From Roseiflexaceae bacterium (lineage in GTDB: Bacteria; Chloroflexota; Chloroflexia; Chloroflexales; Roseiflexaceae): DNA of 38,973 bases. The DNA is taken from assembly GCA_035765855.1 (NCBI GenBank), contig DASTWM010000095.1, positions 1-38,973 on the forward strand. Direction: 5' to 3'. Positions within the stretch are counted from its first letter, which is position 1. Each line of letters starts with the position of its first letter. Below, piece after piece: positions 1-8,622 of the stretch. The notes under the pieces are model-generated. The model saw only the letters and a list, made by a program, of their open reading frames with translations. It was not told where the DNA came from and did not search any database. The position numbers and the translations under genes were made by a program.

Positions 1-776
1 CCACCCATCTCCTCGGCAGGACGCCACGAAAGCCGGTTCGTGTGGGTGGCAGTCGAACCCATTCGAAATAGACCGTGGATAGATCGTTCAAGTCGCCGTG
101 CGGAACCCATTCACCGCGTGGTTTTGGCGGGTGTTGCACAATGCTGACTATCCATTTCAGGTGTTCCTGTATCCACGTTTTTCCTGCGCCAGTGTAGCCC
201 TGATCTGCCCAAAGATGTTCAATGCGCGGGAACTGTGTCGATGCATCGTCGAGCAGCAATGCGACAGCCGCGCGATCTTGAATATCAGCAGAGTGGACTT
301 GGCGCGCAGCACAAGGCCGCTCGTGTCAACCAGCAAATGGCGTTTACGGCCACTGATACGCTTTCCACCATCATACCCGCGCGGGCCACCAACACTGGTT
401 GTTTTAACCGTCTGACTATCAATAATTGCAGCACTCGGTTGCTCGTTCCGTCCAGTTTGCTGCCGAAGGTGTGAACGTAGTTCGCTGTTAGTCGCTCCCA
501 AAGCTCACTGATACCCCACGTTCGAAAATACCAATACACGGTTGGCCACCTTGGAAATTCGTGTGGCAGGAACCTCCACTGGCATCCCGTCCGGAGCACG
601 TACAAAAGAGCATTGACAATGTCGCGTAGTGTATACTCTTGGGCGTCCAAGTTTGGTCGCCCTTGGGAAAAGTGGTGCAATAATTGCCCACTCTGCATCT
701 GTGAGATCACTTGGATATGGCTTGCGTTTCATGATCAGGAAGTGTATTCAATACACTTGGCTTCCGCAAGCCTTCC
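1..776 (-). mobile_element. IS5-family insertion sequence. It is truncated by the window edge, with its outer end at ~776.
   Basis: Three overlapping ORF fragments carry IS5/IS427-group transposase motifs ([27 protein letters not shown]; [43 protein letters not shown]; [47 protein letters not shown]). The terminal sequence, read on the minus strand from 776, is GGAAGGCTTGCGGAAG, which resembles the IS5 inverted repeat GGAAGGTGCGAA. A 19-bp palindrome AAGTGTATTcAATACACTT (741-759) lies between this repeat and the transposase ATG. The other end lies outside the window. Confidence 0.6.
157..732 (-). pseudogene. IS5-family DDE transposase disrupted by at least three frameshifts. It continues past position 1.
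   Basis: The N-terminal segment is in frame 732->505. The homologous continuation is in frame 710->285, switching at the GRPR/GRPN codons (~645) where a ~13-nt quasi-duplication is visible. It then switches back to frame 501->157 right after WERL (~489), and homology is lost again after GLVLRA (~270). The shift near 489 has no slippery heptamer, so decay is more likely than programmed frameshifting. Confidence 0.6.
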
Positions 777-785
777 AAACAGTTT

Positions 786-2819
786 CTAGTCTGAGCCGTT
801 CGCCTGCAATGGCGTCGTCGGTACGGAGTCTGGCATGACGGGCGCTTCCTTTGGCTGCTCGGCCATCAGGCGCTGCACGATCTGATCGCGCATTGCCATG
901 ACCTCAGGCCGCGTTGCGTTTCCACCACTGTTGGCACTCACCTGCACGCCCATGCGCTCTGAGAGCAGCATCGCAAGCAGCCCTTCCATCAGGTTGCCGC
1001 CGCCAGACGTGCCATTACCACCGCCAACTACCACCTGCGGAACAACATTCACGCCCGCTTTCTCAATCGCCTCAGCAAATCGGTTCATCACATCCTGCGT
1101 GACCTGGAATTGCGGGCCACCATAGGCGCGCACCTGCTCTTCAATCGCGATCGCCTGGGCAATACCGATCCGGGCCGCTTTCTCGGCTTCCGCTTCAGCC
1201 AGCGCGCGAATGGTCGCCGCCTGCTGAAGGGCGCGCTGATAGTCGGCTTTACCCTGATTCCCTTGGACAGCAATACTAATTTCCGACTCGGTCAGCGCCT
1301 GCTGCTGGCGCGCGCGCGACTCCGCCTCGCGCAATTCGCGCTCCTTGACGGCCGCCTTCTCCTGGCGATTGTAGGTTTCGATCTGCTCCTCGGCGATCTG
1401 TCGCGCGCGCAACTGGGTCAGGATTTGTTCAATTTTGCTGTCGCCAGCCGAAGAAGCCGGTGTGCCGATCAGCACCTCTTCGAGTTCCAGATTATAGCGG
1501 GCGAACTTCTCGCGCATCTGTTCGCCAGCCAGCGACTGAATCGTGCTGCGTTCCTGAATAAGTTGAATAAGCGTCCGCACCTGCCCAACATTCTTGAAAT
1601 AAGCGCTCACCATGGGGTCAAGCGTCTGCTCAACAAGCCGTTTGACATCGCCGAAGCGCTGGATGACGAGCGGCGCTTGCCGGTAGTCGATATGCACGAC
1701 GACGGATAACGGCAGCGACGGCTCGAAGGCATCCTTCGTAATCAGCGAGATTTCCGACAGATTCTCATCCAGGCGGTGCGCGCCACTCTCGCTCTTGTTC
1801 CACTTTAGAATGATATTCGTCGTCGGGACCATGAGCACTTTGCCAGCATAGGTGTTGAAGGCGTACTTGCCCGGCAGCAGTGGCGTGCTCCATACGCCGC
1901 GGCTCCCCTGCTGCACCATTTCGCCATGCTTGTATTCCTCGCCCGAAATATCCACGCCAACCGCGCCGGTGTACGAAACGACCACGCCAACGCTGCCGAC
2001 TTCCACCACCGTTTTAGGAATCATTTCAACCGTGGCGAACAGCCGATTGATGTAGTAGGTACCCTCGACGAGCACCTGCAACTGCCGGCCACGCAGACCG
2101 CCAGCAAGCAGGAATTTCTCCGGATCCTGGAAGTTGTTGTGATATGTTTCCGTGTTCTTCGGCTCGTCCCCCACGGTCGGCGCAATGATTTCGCCCTGCG
2201 ACAGCGATGCGCCATCATGCACCGTCACAATCCCCACCAGATCATCGGTGCCCTTGATGACCACCGGCTGAAAGCCATCCCGGTCGCGGATCAGATCGGC
2301 CATGCGCTTGAACACAGCATCCTCGCTGCGCTCCAACGGCAGGTAGTAGGTGGTGTCGTCGGTGATGACGACGAACTGCGCGAGGTTGATAGCATAAGTG
2401 CCTTCGCGCAAAATCTTGCGCTGCGGTCCTTTCTGCCCGCCTGCCTGCAAGAAAACGCGCACATCCTGAAAATCATGCGCCGTGACATTCGAGGCAAGCG
2501 CCTGATCCGGCTCCAGCGGCTGTCCGTCGCGTGCGAATACATAACCGATTTTGCCCTGCGGAATAGTCACGAGCGGGACGCTGTGAATGCGGTACTGGAA
2601 GGGCGGCAGGACATGCCAGCCACCGCGCAGCACGTTTGGCTGGAAACCGGCCTCATTGCTGAGCGCAATAAAGCCGCTCTTTACCGACCCGCGCCCGCTG
2701 ACCAATTTTTCAATCACGCCGACGCGGTTATTCGGGATGTAGCGAATAAATCCTGACATGAAGACGACGAGCAGGATGATGGCGACGACAATCACAGGGA
2801 TGAATAGCAGCCATGCCAT
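786..2819 (-). CDS. Flotillin-like SPFH/band-7 domain membrane protein
   Basis: There is an N-terminal transmembrane segment (MAWLLFIPVIVVAIILLVVF), then an SPFH domain, then a long Ala/Glu/Gln-rich coiled-coil region (EAEAEKAARIGIAQAIAIEEQ) typical of the FloT/YqiK flotillins. An AAAGGAAG Shine-Dalgarno lies 7 nt before the ATG at 2819. Confidence 0.8.
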   Translation of the reverse strand: MAWLLFIPVIVVAIILLVVFMSGFIRYIPNNRVGVIEKLVSGRGSVKSGFIALSNEAGFQPNVLRGGWHVLPPFQYRIHSVPLVTIPQGKIGYVFARDGQPLEPDQALASNVTAHDFQDVRVFLQAGGQKGPQRKILREGTYAINLAQFVVITDDTTYYLPLERSEDAVFKRMADLIRDRDGFQPVVIKGTDDLVGIVTVHDGASLSQGEIIAPTVGDEPKNTETYHNNFQDPEKFLLAGGLRGRQLQVLVEGTYYINRLFATVEMIPKTVVEVGSVGVVVSYTGAVGVDISGEEYKHGEMVQQGSRGVWSTPLLPGKYAFNTYAGKVLMVPTTNIILKWNKSESGAHRLDENLSEISLITKDAFEPSLPLSVVVHIDYRQAPLVIQRFGDVKRLVEQTLDPMVSAYFKNVGQVRTLIQLIQERSTIQSLAGEQMREKFARYNLELEEVLIGTPASSAGDSKIEQILTQLRARQIAEEQIETYNRQEKAAVKERELREAESRARQQQALTESEISIAVQGNQGKADYQRALQQAATIRALAEAEAEKAARIGIAQAIAIEEQVRAYGGPQFQVTQDVMNRFAEAIEKAGVNVVPQVVVGGGNGTSGGGNLMEGLLAMLLSERMGVQVSANSGGNATRPEVMAMRDQIVQRLMAEQPKEAPVMPDSVPTTPLQANGSD

Positions 2820-2853
2820 GGCCTACTTCCTTTCTGGGAGGTGCCGGGTTCAA

Positions 2854-2872
2854 CACTGACAAGGCGTCAGTG
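2854..2872. promoter_or_regulatory. Perfect 7-bp-stem hairpin/palindrome CACTGAC-aaggc-GTCAGTG, 35-55 nt upstream of the flotillin start
   Basis: The palindrome is seen directly in the sequence. It lies within the AT-rich leader region of the flotillin gene. Confidence 0.3.
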
Positions 2873-3231
2873 CTTGTACATGAGTATATACGTAATCGCA
2901 GATGTTCGGTTCCATGATCATGAATCAAGAAATGATTACTTTATAGAACGTTCCGCAAGCAACTTCTGGACACATGGGGCGTAGTTTTTGAACAAGCGAT
3001 CATGGATTGCGCGACACTCCCAGGCGGAAAATTCCAATACTGCACTTTGAACTTTGAAGAAATACAGATGGGTTTCGCTCGTTCTGAAGCAAGCATCAAT
3101 GAGGAATGAGATCATGACAATGGCGCGCCGGAGGTCGTGCATCACGCGGCGCGCCAACATGCAATCATGCCGCTCTTGGAAAAGGCAGCACGGGCCACAC
3201 CAGCACGTTCCAGCGCGCTGGTGATCATGCC

Positions 3232-4080
3232 TTACTGCTGCATCACCTTGCGCACAGCTTCGCCCACAACCTTCACGCGCTCCTCGTCGGAGGGCAGATC
3301 CGCGAGCGATGCCTTGAACGGCTCGGGAACCACTGGCCCGTCGTAGTTCATGGCGCGCAGCGCCGCCATGAAACCTGCGATGTCGAGCACGCCGGTTGCG
3401 CCCGGCAGGTCGCGCACCAGATCCTGTTGTTCGTCTACATCAATCCCGGCAGGCGCGTCGTTGATATGGACATACACCACCTGATCATTCGAGAGCGACT
3501 GCAAATCGGCAAGCACGCCATGTCCGGTGTACCAGTGCCAGATGTCGAACAGCAGCCCGACATTCGGCCCCATCTCTGCGGCGATCTCAAGCGTTTCGCT
3601 CGGTTTATAGATGAATTGATGCTTGAATCGGTCACGCAGTGTTTTGGGGGCAATAAACTCAAGCCCTAAACGGCAGCCGTTGTCGGCCAGAATCTGGGCA
3701 ACTGGCTTCAACCGTTCGACATGGAAGTCCCAATTCTCCTTGAACTCGCGGTCGTTCGAGGCGGGCATAATCCCCGACAAAGCGCGGTTTGCGCCGATGC
3801 TTGCCGCCGCGCGGGCGAACCGTGGCAGCGCCGCAAGACCGGCCTGCCACTCCTCGACGCTGCCGTTCCACTTGATCGACAAACCCCAACCACCCGGACG
3901 CAGCCCTGCATTGCTGAACATGGCGGCCACCGCTGCCGCGCCGTGCTGATCAACCAGGTCGGCCACCTCGGCAACGCTGAACTCTACACCCTCGAACCCG
4001 CCTGCTTTGGCGAGCGGGATGGTGTCGGCAAGCCTGGTCGCATGAAGGCGGATCGCACCAGGATTGAGTGTTGAATACAT
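3232..4080 (-). CDS. Xylose-isomerase-like TIM-barrel sugar phosphate isomerase/epimerase
   Basis: The motifs GLEFIAP, DIWHWY and VYVHINDA match the metal-binding E/D/H/E pattern of the AP-endonuclease-2/XylA-like TIM barrel. I chose the start at M19 (ATG 4080) because AAGGAG lies 7 nt upstream. The six-frame ORF extends to 4134. Confidence 0.7.
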   Translation of the reverse strand: MYSTLNPGAIRLHATRLADTIPLAKAGGFEGVEFSVAEVADLVDQHGAAAVAAMFSNAGLRPGGWGLSIKWNGSVEEWQAGLAALPRFARAAASIGANRALSGIMPASNDREFKENWDFHVERLKPVAQILADNGCRLGLEFIAPKTLRDRFKHQFIYKPSETLEIAAEMGPNVGLLFDIWHWYTGHGVLADLQSLSNDQVVYVHINDAPAGIDVDEQQDLVRDLPGATGVLDIAGFMAALRAMNYDGPVVPEPFKASLADLPSDEERVKVVGEAVRKVMQQ

Positions 4081-4180
4081 CGCAGACTCCTTTATCTGGT
4101 CACACGTACCGCGCAATAATACCATAACGCGCAAGTACGATTCTGCGCCTGCGCCTGTCGGGTGAAGACGCGCCGTTTTG

Positions 4181-4213
4181 CATGATCAGCCGCATGATCA
4201 GCCGCTGATCATG
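4181..4213. promoter_or_regulatory. Triple CATGATCAG / CTGATCATG repeat. Two direct copies of GCATGATCAGCCG are followed by an inverted copy. This is a candidate operator in the divergent promoter region.
   Basis: Seen directly in the sequence. It lies ~100-130 nt upstream of the isomerase start, and three GATC sites fall within 33 bp. Confidence 0.3.
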
Positions 4214-4258
4214 TTCCTTCTGCAGGAAGCATGATGCAAAGAAGGTGTGTCGCTCCAC

Positions 4259-4310
4259 CTTGATTGAAGATCAAGCTCACTATTGACAATTTTAAAATTT
4301 AATCTATAAT
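4259..4310 (+). promoter_or_regulatory. Sigma70-type promoter TTGACA(4283-4288)-N16-TATAAT(4305-4310) for the LacI gene, preceded by the palindrome CTTGAT-tgaag-ATCAAG (4259-4275)
   Basis: The -35 and -10 hexamers are exact consensus matches. The spacer contains the 12-bp palindrome AATTTTAAAATT. The transcription start site would lie ~140 nt upstream of the ATG at 4455. Confidence 0.45.
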
Positions 4311-4454
4311 TGAATTAACGATTTAACCCATAATATACTTCTTCTGTTTTTCACAATGTTGTGGTTGCTGTTATCTACTATGTTCTTGCCGCACCAGTAA
4401 CTGGTGTATCTGTGCGTATCTGCGCCTAGATGCAGCAGATGAGGTCTTTGAACA

Positions 4455-5453
4455 ATGACTGTTCGTATGCAAGATATTGCTGATCACCTGGGCCTCTCGG
4501 TCAGCACCGTGTCGCTGGCTCTGCGCTCTGCGCCTCAGATAGCCGAGGATACCAGGCAGCGCGTGCGTGAAACAGCAGATCGTCTTGGCTATACGCACCG
4601 ACCTCGTCATATTGTACCAGCCACGCTCAAGCATATTGTTTTCATGACGTATACGGCTCCTGATAATGAATTCTATGGAGCGGTGTTGACTGGCGCAGAA
4701 CGCGAGTGCCGTCGCTATAACATGGCCCTGCGCTATCAGCAAATCGAAACATCAATTTCATCGTTCACTGCACGGCAAAACCAGATCGAAGGCGTGCTGA
4801 TTGTCGGAAATGTTGACGAGCGAACTATTGAGCAGTTATGCACATCGGGGCGCGTGCATGTGCTTGTTGACAACAACCCATCGTCACTTGAGATCGATCG
4901 AATCGTTATCAAGAACCGAAAAAGCGTTCATGCTGCGATTACCTACCTCCATCAACTTGGGCATCAACGCATTGCCTATCTCAGTGGCCCGCTCACCCAT
5001 TCAAGTTTTCGCGAACGGCAGCAGGGATATTATGCTGCGATCAATGAGTTAGGTTTGGAACCTTTTGAAATTCCCTGTTCAACCCTTGACGCGCATGACA
5101 TCACCAGAGCCGTGTCTCGGCATCTGGTTCCGGGTGCCGCAGTACCTTTTACCGCGATCATGGCATGCAACGATCTTGCGGCCCTGAGCATCCAGTATAG
5201 CTTGCAGGAGCAGGGGATCCGTGTTCCTGATCAGGTAGCGATCATCGGGTTCGATGATATTGATGTTGCGTCGGTTGTACGTCCCTCTTTAACGACATGC
5301 CACGTTGACCGAGAATTGCTCGGCATGCTGGCCGTCCGGCGGCTGATTGAACGGGTCAGCGAGCCGGAAAAGCCCATGGTTACGGTCGCTATTGCGACAA
5401 CGCTTATACAGCGTGGATCGACCAACGCGCCTCGGTCAGGTGCGATCTCATAG
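4455..5453 (+). CDS. LacI-family transcriptional regulator
   Basis: The N-terminal helix-turn-helix (MQDIADHLGLSVSTVSLAL) is followed by a periplasmic-binding-protein-like sugar-binding core. Confidence 0.9.
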   Translation: MTVRMQDIADHLGLSVSTVSLALRSAPQIAEDTRQRVRETADRLGYTHRPRHIVPATLKHIVFMTYTAPDNEFYGAVLTGAERECRRYNMALRYQQIETSISSFTARQNQIEGVLIVGNVDERTIEQLCTSGRVHVLVDNNPSSLEIDRIVIKNRKSVHAAITYLHQLGHQRIAYLSGPLTHSSFRERQQGYYAAINELGLEPFEIPCSTLDAHDITRAVSRHLVPGAAVPFTAIMACNDLAALSIQYSLQEQGIRVPDQVAIIGFDDIDVASVVRPSLTTCHVDRELLGMLAVRRLIERVSEPEKPMVTVAIATTLIQRGSTNAPRSGAIS

Positions 5454-5551
5454 GTGAGGCCGAGTCTGTGCAACCTTCCCAGTGTATGGGATCAGTCGTA
5501 CAGTGCATATATTCGGTGTAAATTTCAGGCAAAGATGCTAGGAGGAAAACA

Positions 5552-7468
5552 ATGGGTGGACACAAGGTTACGCGTCGGGATTTCCTACGATTTGCGACTG
5601 TCAGCGGCGCAGGGTTGATCATTGCGGCGTGTGGCGGTACGACCGAGGCTCCGCAGCCGCCAGCCGCCAATCAAAGTGGCGGCGAGGCCGCTACCGCAGC
5701 CCCGCAGACAGCGGCGGAAGCAACGACTGCTCCTGAGGCAACCGCTGCTGATGCCAGCGCGCCCACTGCGGCGGCGGCAACCCCAACCCGCGAAGTGCCG
5801 CGCGGCCAGGCGAAGGATGTGGCCCGCGAGAAGAGCCTTATCCTCATGTGGTCGATTAGCGCGAATGAGGTCGGCGTCGGCAACCCCTATGTCGCAGGCC
5901 ACAACCACCAGAGCGGCACCATGGCGATGTGGGAACCGCTCTACTTCTACTCGGCATACGCCGACAAAACGATCCCATGGTTGGCCGATGGCGATCCGCA
6001 GTACAACGCGGACTTCACCGAAGTCACCATTCCGATCCGCAAGGGCGTCGAGTGGAGCGATGGGCAGCCGTTTACCGCAAGTGACGTTGCCTTTACGCTG
6101 AATGCCCTGCGGAAGGATGAGAACGCCGCAGCGCCGTACGCCGCCGACATGAAGAAGTGGGTCAAGGACGCCAGCGCGCCGGATGCGAACACGATAAAGA
6201 TCAGCTTCAACCAGCAGGCACCGCGCTTCGTGTTCGACTTCTTCGATTATAAATTTGACCTTGGCCTCTTCATTCTGCCCGAGCATATCTTTAAGGATGA
6301 GAAAGACCTCGTCAGCAGCCTGTTCTACGACCCGGCCAAGGGCTGGCCGGTAACAACCGGACCATACAAGGTCGTTGACTGGACGCCACAGCAGAAGCTG
6401 ATGGACGTGCGGCAAGATTGGTGGGGTGCCAAGACCGGCTTCCAGCAGTTGCCAAAGATCGAGCGCATTGTCGTCGTGCCATTCCCCACTGGTGATGCAA
6501 CACCAGCCGCGCAGGCGATGATCAATAATGAGATCGACACCAGCCTAGATCTGCGCCCGCCAGTGATCAAGACGGTTGTCGAGCAGAATCCAAAGGTTAT
6601 CACGCATTCGGGCCGCCAGGCACCGTATGGCTACACCGACTGGTGGGCGAACTCGCTGTGGATTAACTGCTCGACAGATCCCTACACCGACCCGGAAATT
6701 CGGCAGGCCATGAACTATCTGATCGATCGCCAGCAGCTTGTTGAGATCGGCTACGAGGGCGCTGGCTCGGCGACCGACCTGCCGTTCCCGGCGTTCCCGT
6801 CGCTCCAGAAGTATTTCGATGCCGCCAAGCCACTGCTTGAAAAGTACCCAACCAGCGCGACTGATCCCGCCAAGACCGAAGAGATCATGACCAAGAAGGG
6901 CTACACCAGAAATGGCGATGGCCTGTGGGTCAGCCAGGATGGCAAGAAGATCGACGCGACGATCTACGGTTTTGATATTATGGCGGACTACGGCCCGGTA
7001 CTGGCCGAGCAGTTGCGCAACGGTGGCTTCGACGCATCGTTCCAGGCTCCGCCCGACTCCTATGACCGCATGGCAAACGGATCAGCCAACACGTTTGTGT
7101 TCGGTCATGGCGGCGCAATCGCCGACGTGTACCCGACGCTCGACCTGTTCCACAGCCGCCATATCAAGCCGACTGGCACGGCTGGCGACATCAGCCCGCG
7201 CTGGAAGAACGACGAGTACGACAAGATTGTGGACCAGATGGCGCTGTTGCCGGTCGGCGATCCGAAGGGCATGCCGCTCTACCTGCAAGCGCTTGAAATC
7301 TACCTGAAGGAGAAGCCAGAGTTGCCGGTTGTGCAGTGGTACCACCGCATCCCCATGAACACAACCTACTGGACTAACTGGCCAACGGCGGAAAATCCCT
7401 ACGTCAATGGTGCGTTCTGGCACAAGACGTTTCTCCTCATGCTGACAAATCTACAGCCAGCAAAGTAA
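5552..7468 (+). CDS. ABC transporter substrate-binding protein, family 5 (Opp/Dpp-like), TAT-exported lipoprotein
   Basis: It has an RRDFLRF twin-arginine motif, an IIAAC lipobox, an Ala/Thr/Pro-rich linker and an SBP_bac_5-like body. An AGGAGG Shine-Dalgarno lies upstream. Confidence 0.9.
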   Translation: MGGHKVTRRDFLRFATVSGAGLIIAACGGTTEAPQPPAANQSGGEAATAAPQTAAEATTAPEATAADASAPTAAAATPTREVPRGQAKDVAREKSLILMWSISANEVGVGNPYVAGHNHQSGTMAMWEPLYFYSAYADKTIPWLADGDPQYNADFTEVTIPIRKGVEWSDGQPFTASDVAFTLNALRKDENAAAPYAADMKKWVKDASAPDANTIKISFNQQAPRFVFDFFDYKFDLGLFILPEHIFKDEKDLVSSLFYDPAKGWPVTTGPYKVVDWTPQQKLMDVRQDWWGAKTGFQQLPKIERIVVVPFPTGDATPAAQAMINNEIDTSLDLRPPVIKTVVEQNPKVITHSGRQAPYGYTDWWANSLWINCSTDPYTDPEIRQAMNYLIDRQQLVEIGYEGAGSATDLPFPAFPSLQKYFDAAKPLLEKYPTSATDPAKTEEIMTKKGYTRNGDGLWVSQDGKKIDATIYGFDIMADYGPVLAEQLRNGGFDASFQAPPDSYDRMANGSANTFVFGHGGAIADVYPTLDLFHSRHIKPTGTAGDISPRWKNDEYDKIVDQMALLPVGDPKGMPLYLQALEIYLKEKPELPVVQWYHRIPMNTTYWTNWPTAENPYVNGAFWHKTFLLMLTNLQPAK

Positions 7469-7480
7469 ACTCCTGAATTT

Positions 7481-7512
7481 CAGCAGGTGCCATGGCTTCA
7501 TGGCACCTGCTG
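7481..7512 (+). other. Perfect 13-bp-stem hairpin CAGCAGGTGCCAT-ggcttc-ATGGCACCTGCTG, 13 nt after the substrate-binding-protein stop
   Basis: Seen directly in the sequence. No U-tract follows. It looks like an intercistronic stabiliser or partial terminator between the substrate-binding-protein gene and the permease genes. Confidence 0.5.
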
Positions 7513-7616
7513 AGGTATCGTAAGCGTTTGAACGAGGGAAAAGGAGATCGAGAGGTGGGCTGGCACTGTTGCGCTGCATCGGAATAAGCCCCCGGTACAA
7601 GAAAGAAGGGAGACTC

Positions 7617-8621
7617 ATGTCAGTAGGATATTTAGTGCGGCGTGTTTTTCTGCTGCTGCTCGTGGTTTGGACAGCAGCAACGATCAATTTCTTTGTTCCC
7701 AAGCTTAGCCCGCGAAATCCTGTGCTTGAACGGCTGCAGGAAGCATCGCGCGGCGGCGGGCGGCAACAGACCGGCTTGCAGGAAATGATGAAAGCCTACC
7801 AAGCCCAATTCGGGTTGGACAAGCCATTGTGGGAACAATATGTCAACTACATGAGCGGTGTTGTGCGGCTTGATTTTGGCTACTCGATCAACGCATATCC
7901 CAAGAAGGCCATGGATGTGATTGCCGAGGCCTTGCCCTGGACGATTGGCCTCGCAACCGTTGCGACTATCCTGGCCTTTTTTATTGGCACCATCCTTGGC
8001 GCGCTGATTGCGTGGCCGCGCGCGCCGCGTTTTTTCCGCTCGCTCATTCCTCCGCTTATGATGTTTCAGGCCATGCCCTTTTATCTCCTTGGTCTGATTC
8101 TGATCTATATTTTTGCCTTCAAGTTCCGCATTTTGCCACTTGGCGGCGGCTTTTCGCGCGGGGCCGTTCCGCGCTGGAACCTTACGTTCGCGCTTGATCT
8201 GGTGAAGCATGCTGTTTTGCCAGCTTTAGCGATCATTCTTTCATCGCTTGGCGGCTGGGCGCTCGGCATGCGCGGCCTCATGGTATCGATTCAAGGCGAA
8301 GATTTTATCACCTTCGCCGAGGCGAAAGGGCTGAAATCATCGCGCATCTTTACCCGCTATGCCATGCGTAATGCTATGTTGCCGCAAATCACCGCGTTGC
8401 TGCCGAGTTTAGGCTTTATCATCATCGGCACAAGCCTGGTAGAGATTATCTTTGGGTATCCGGGGCTTGGCACCGTCATCAGTCAGGCAATCAACAGTCT
8501 GGACTATTTTGTCATTTATGCAATTACCGTTATCCTGACCATCGTGATTTGTATCGCAACCCTTATCATGGATTTGACCTACCCGCTACTTGATCCGCGT
8601 ATTAAATACGAGCGAGGCTAA
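7617..8621 (+). CDS. ABC transporter permease (DppB/OppB-like)
   Basis: It is a BPD_transp_1 multi-transmembrane protein. The start MSVGYLV is preceded by GAAGGGAG. Confidence 0.9.
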   Translation: MSVGYLVRRVFLLLLVVWTAATINFFVPKLSPRNPVLERLQEASRGGGRQQTGLQEMMKAYQAQFGLDKPLWEQYVNYMSGVVRLDFGYSINAYPKKAMDVIAEALPWTIGLATVATILAFFIGTILGALIAWPRAPRFFRSLIPPLMMFQAMPFYLLGLILIYIFAFKFRILPLGGGFSRGAVPRWNLTFALDLVKHAVLPALAIILSSLGGWALGMRGLMVSIQGEDFITFAEAKGLKSSRIFTRYAMRNAMLPQITALLPSLGFIIIGTSLVEIIFGYPGLGTVISQAINSLDYFVIYAITVILTIVICIATLIMDLTYPLLDPRIKYERG

Positions 8622-8622
8622 T

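Noticed and set aside
98-415. 105-aa plus-strand ORF inside the IS element
   Set aside because: It is opposite the transposase fragments and has no homology signal. It is most likely spurious.
470-500. Programmed -1 ribosomal frameshift in the IS transposase
   Set aside because: The shift direction fits. However, there is no slippery heptamer. The shift falls inside the conserved WERL-HxxLR region. Two additional frameshifts exist. Mutational decay is more parsimonious.
2936-3160. 74-codon minus-strand ORF in the AT-rich island as a confident gene
   Set aside because: It has no Shine-Dalgarno and no domain, and its composition is atypical. I kept it only as a low-interest observation, not as a feature.
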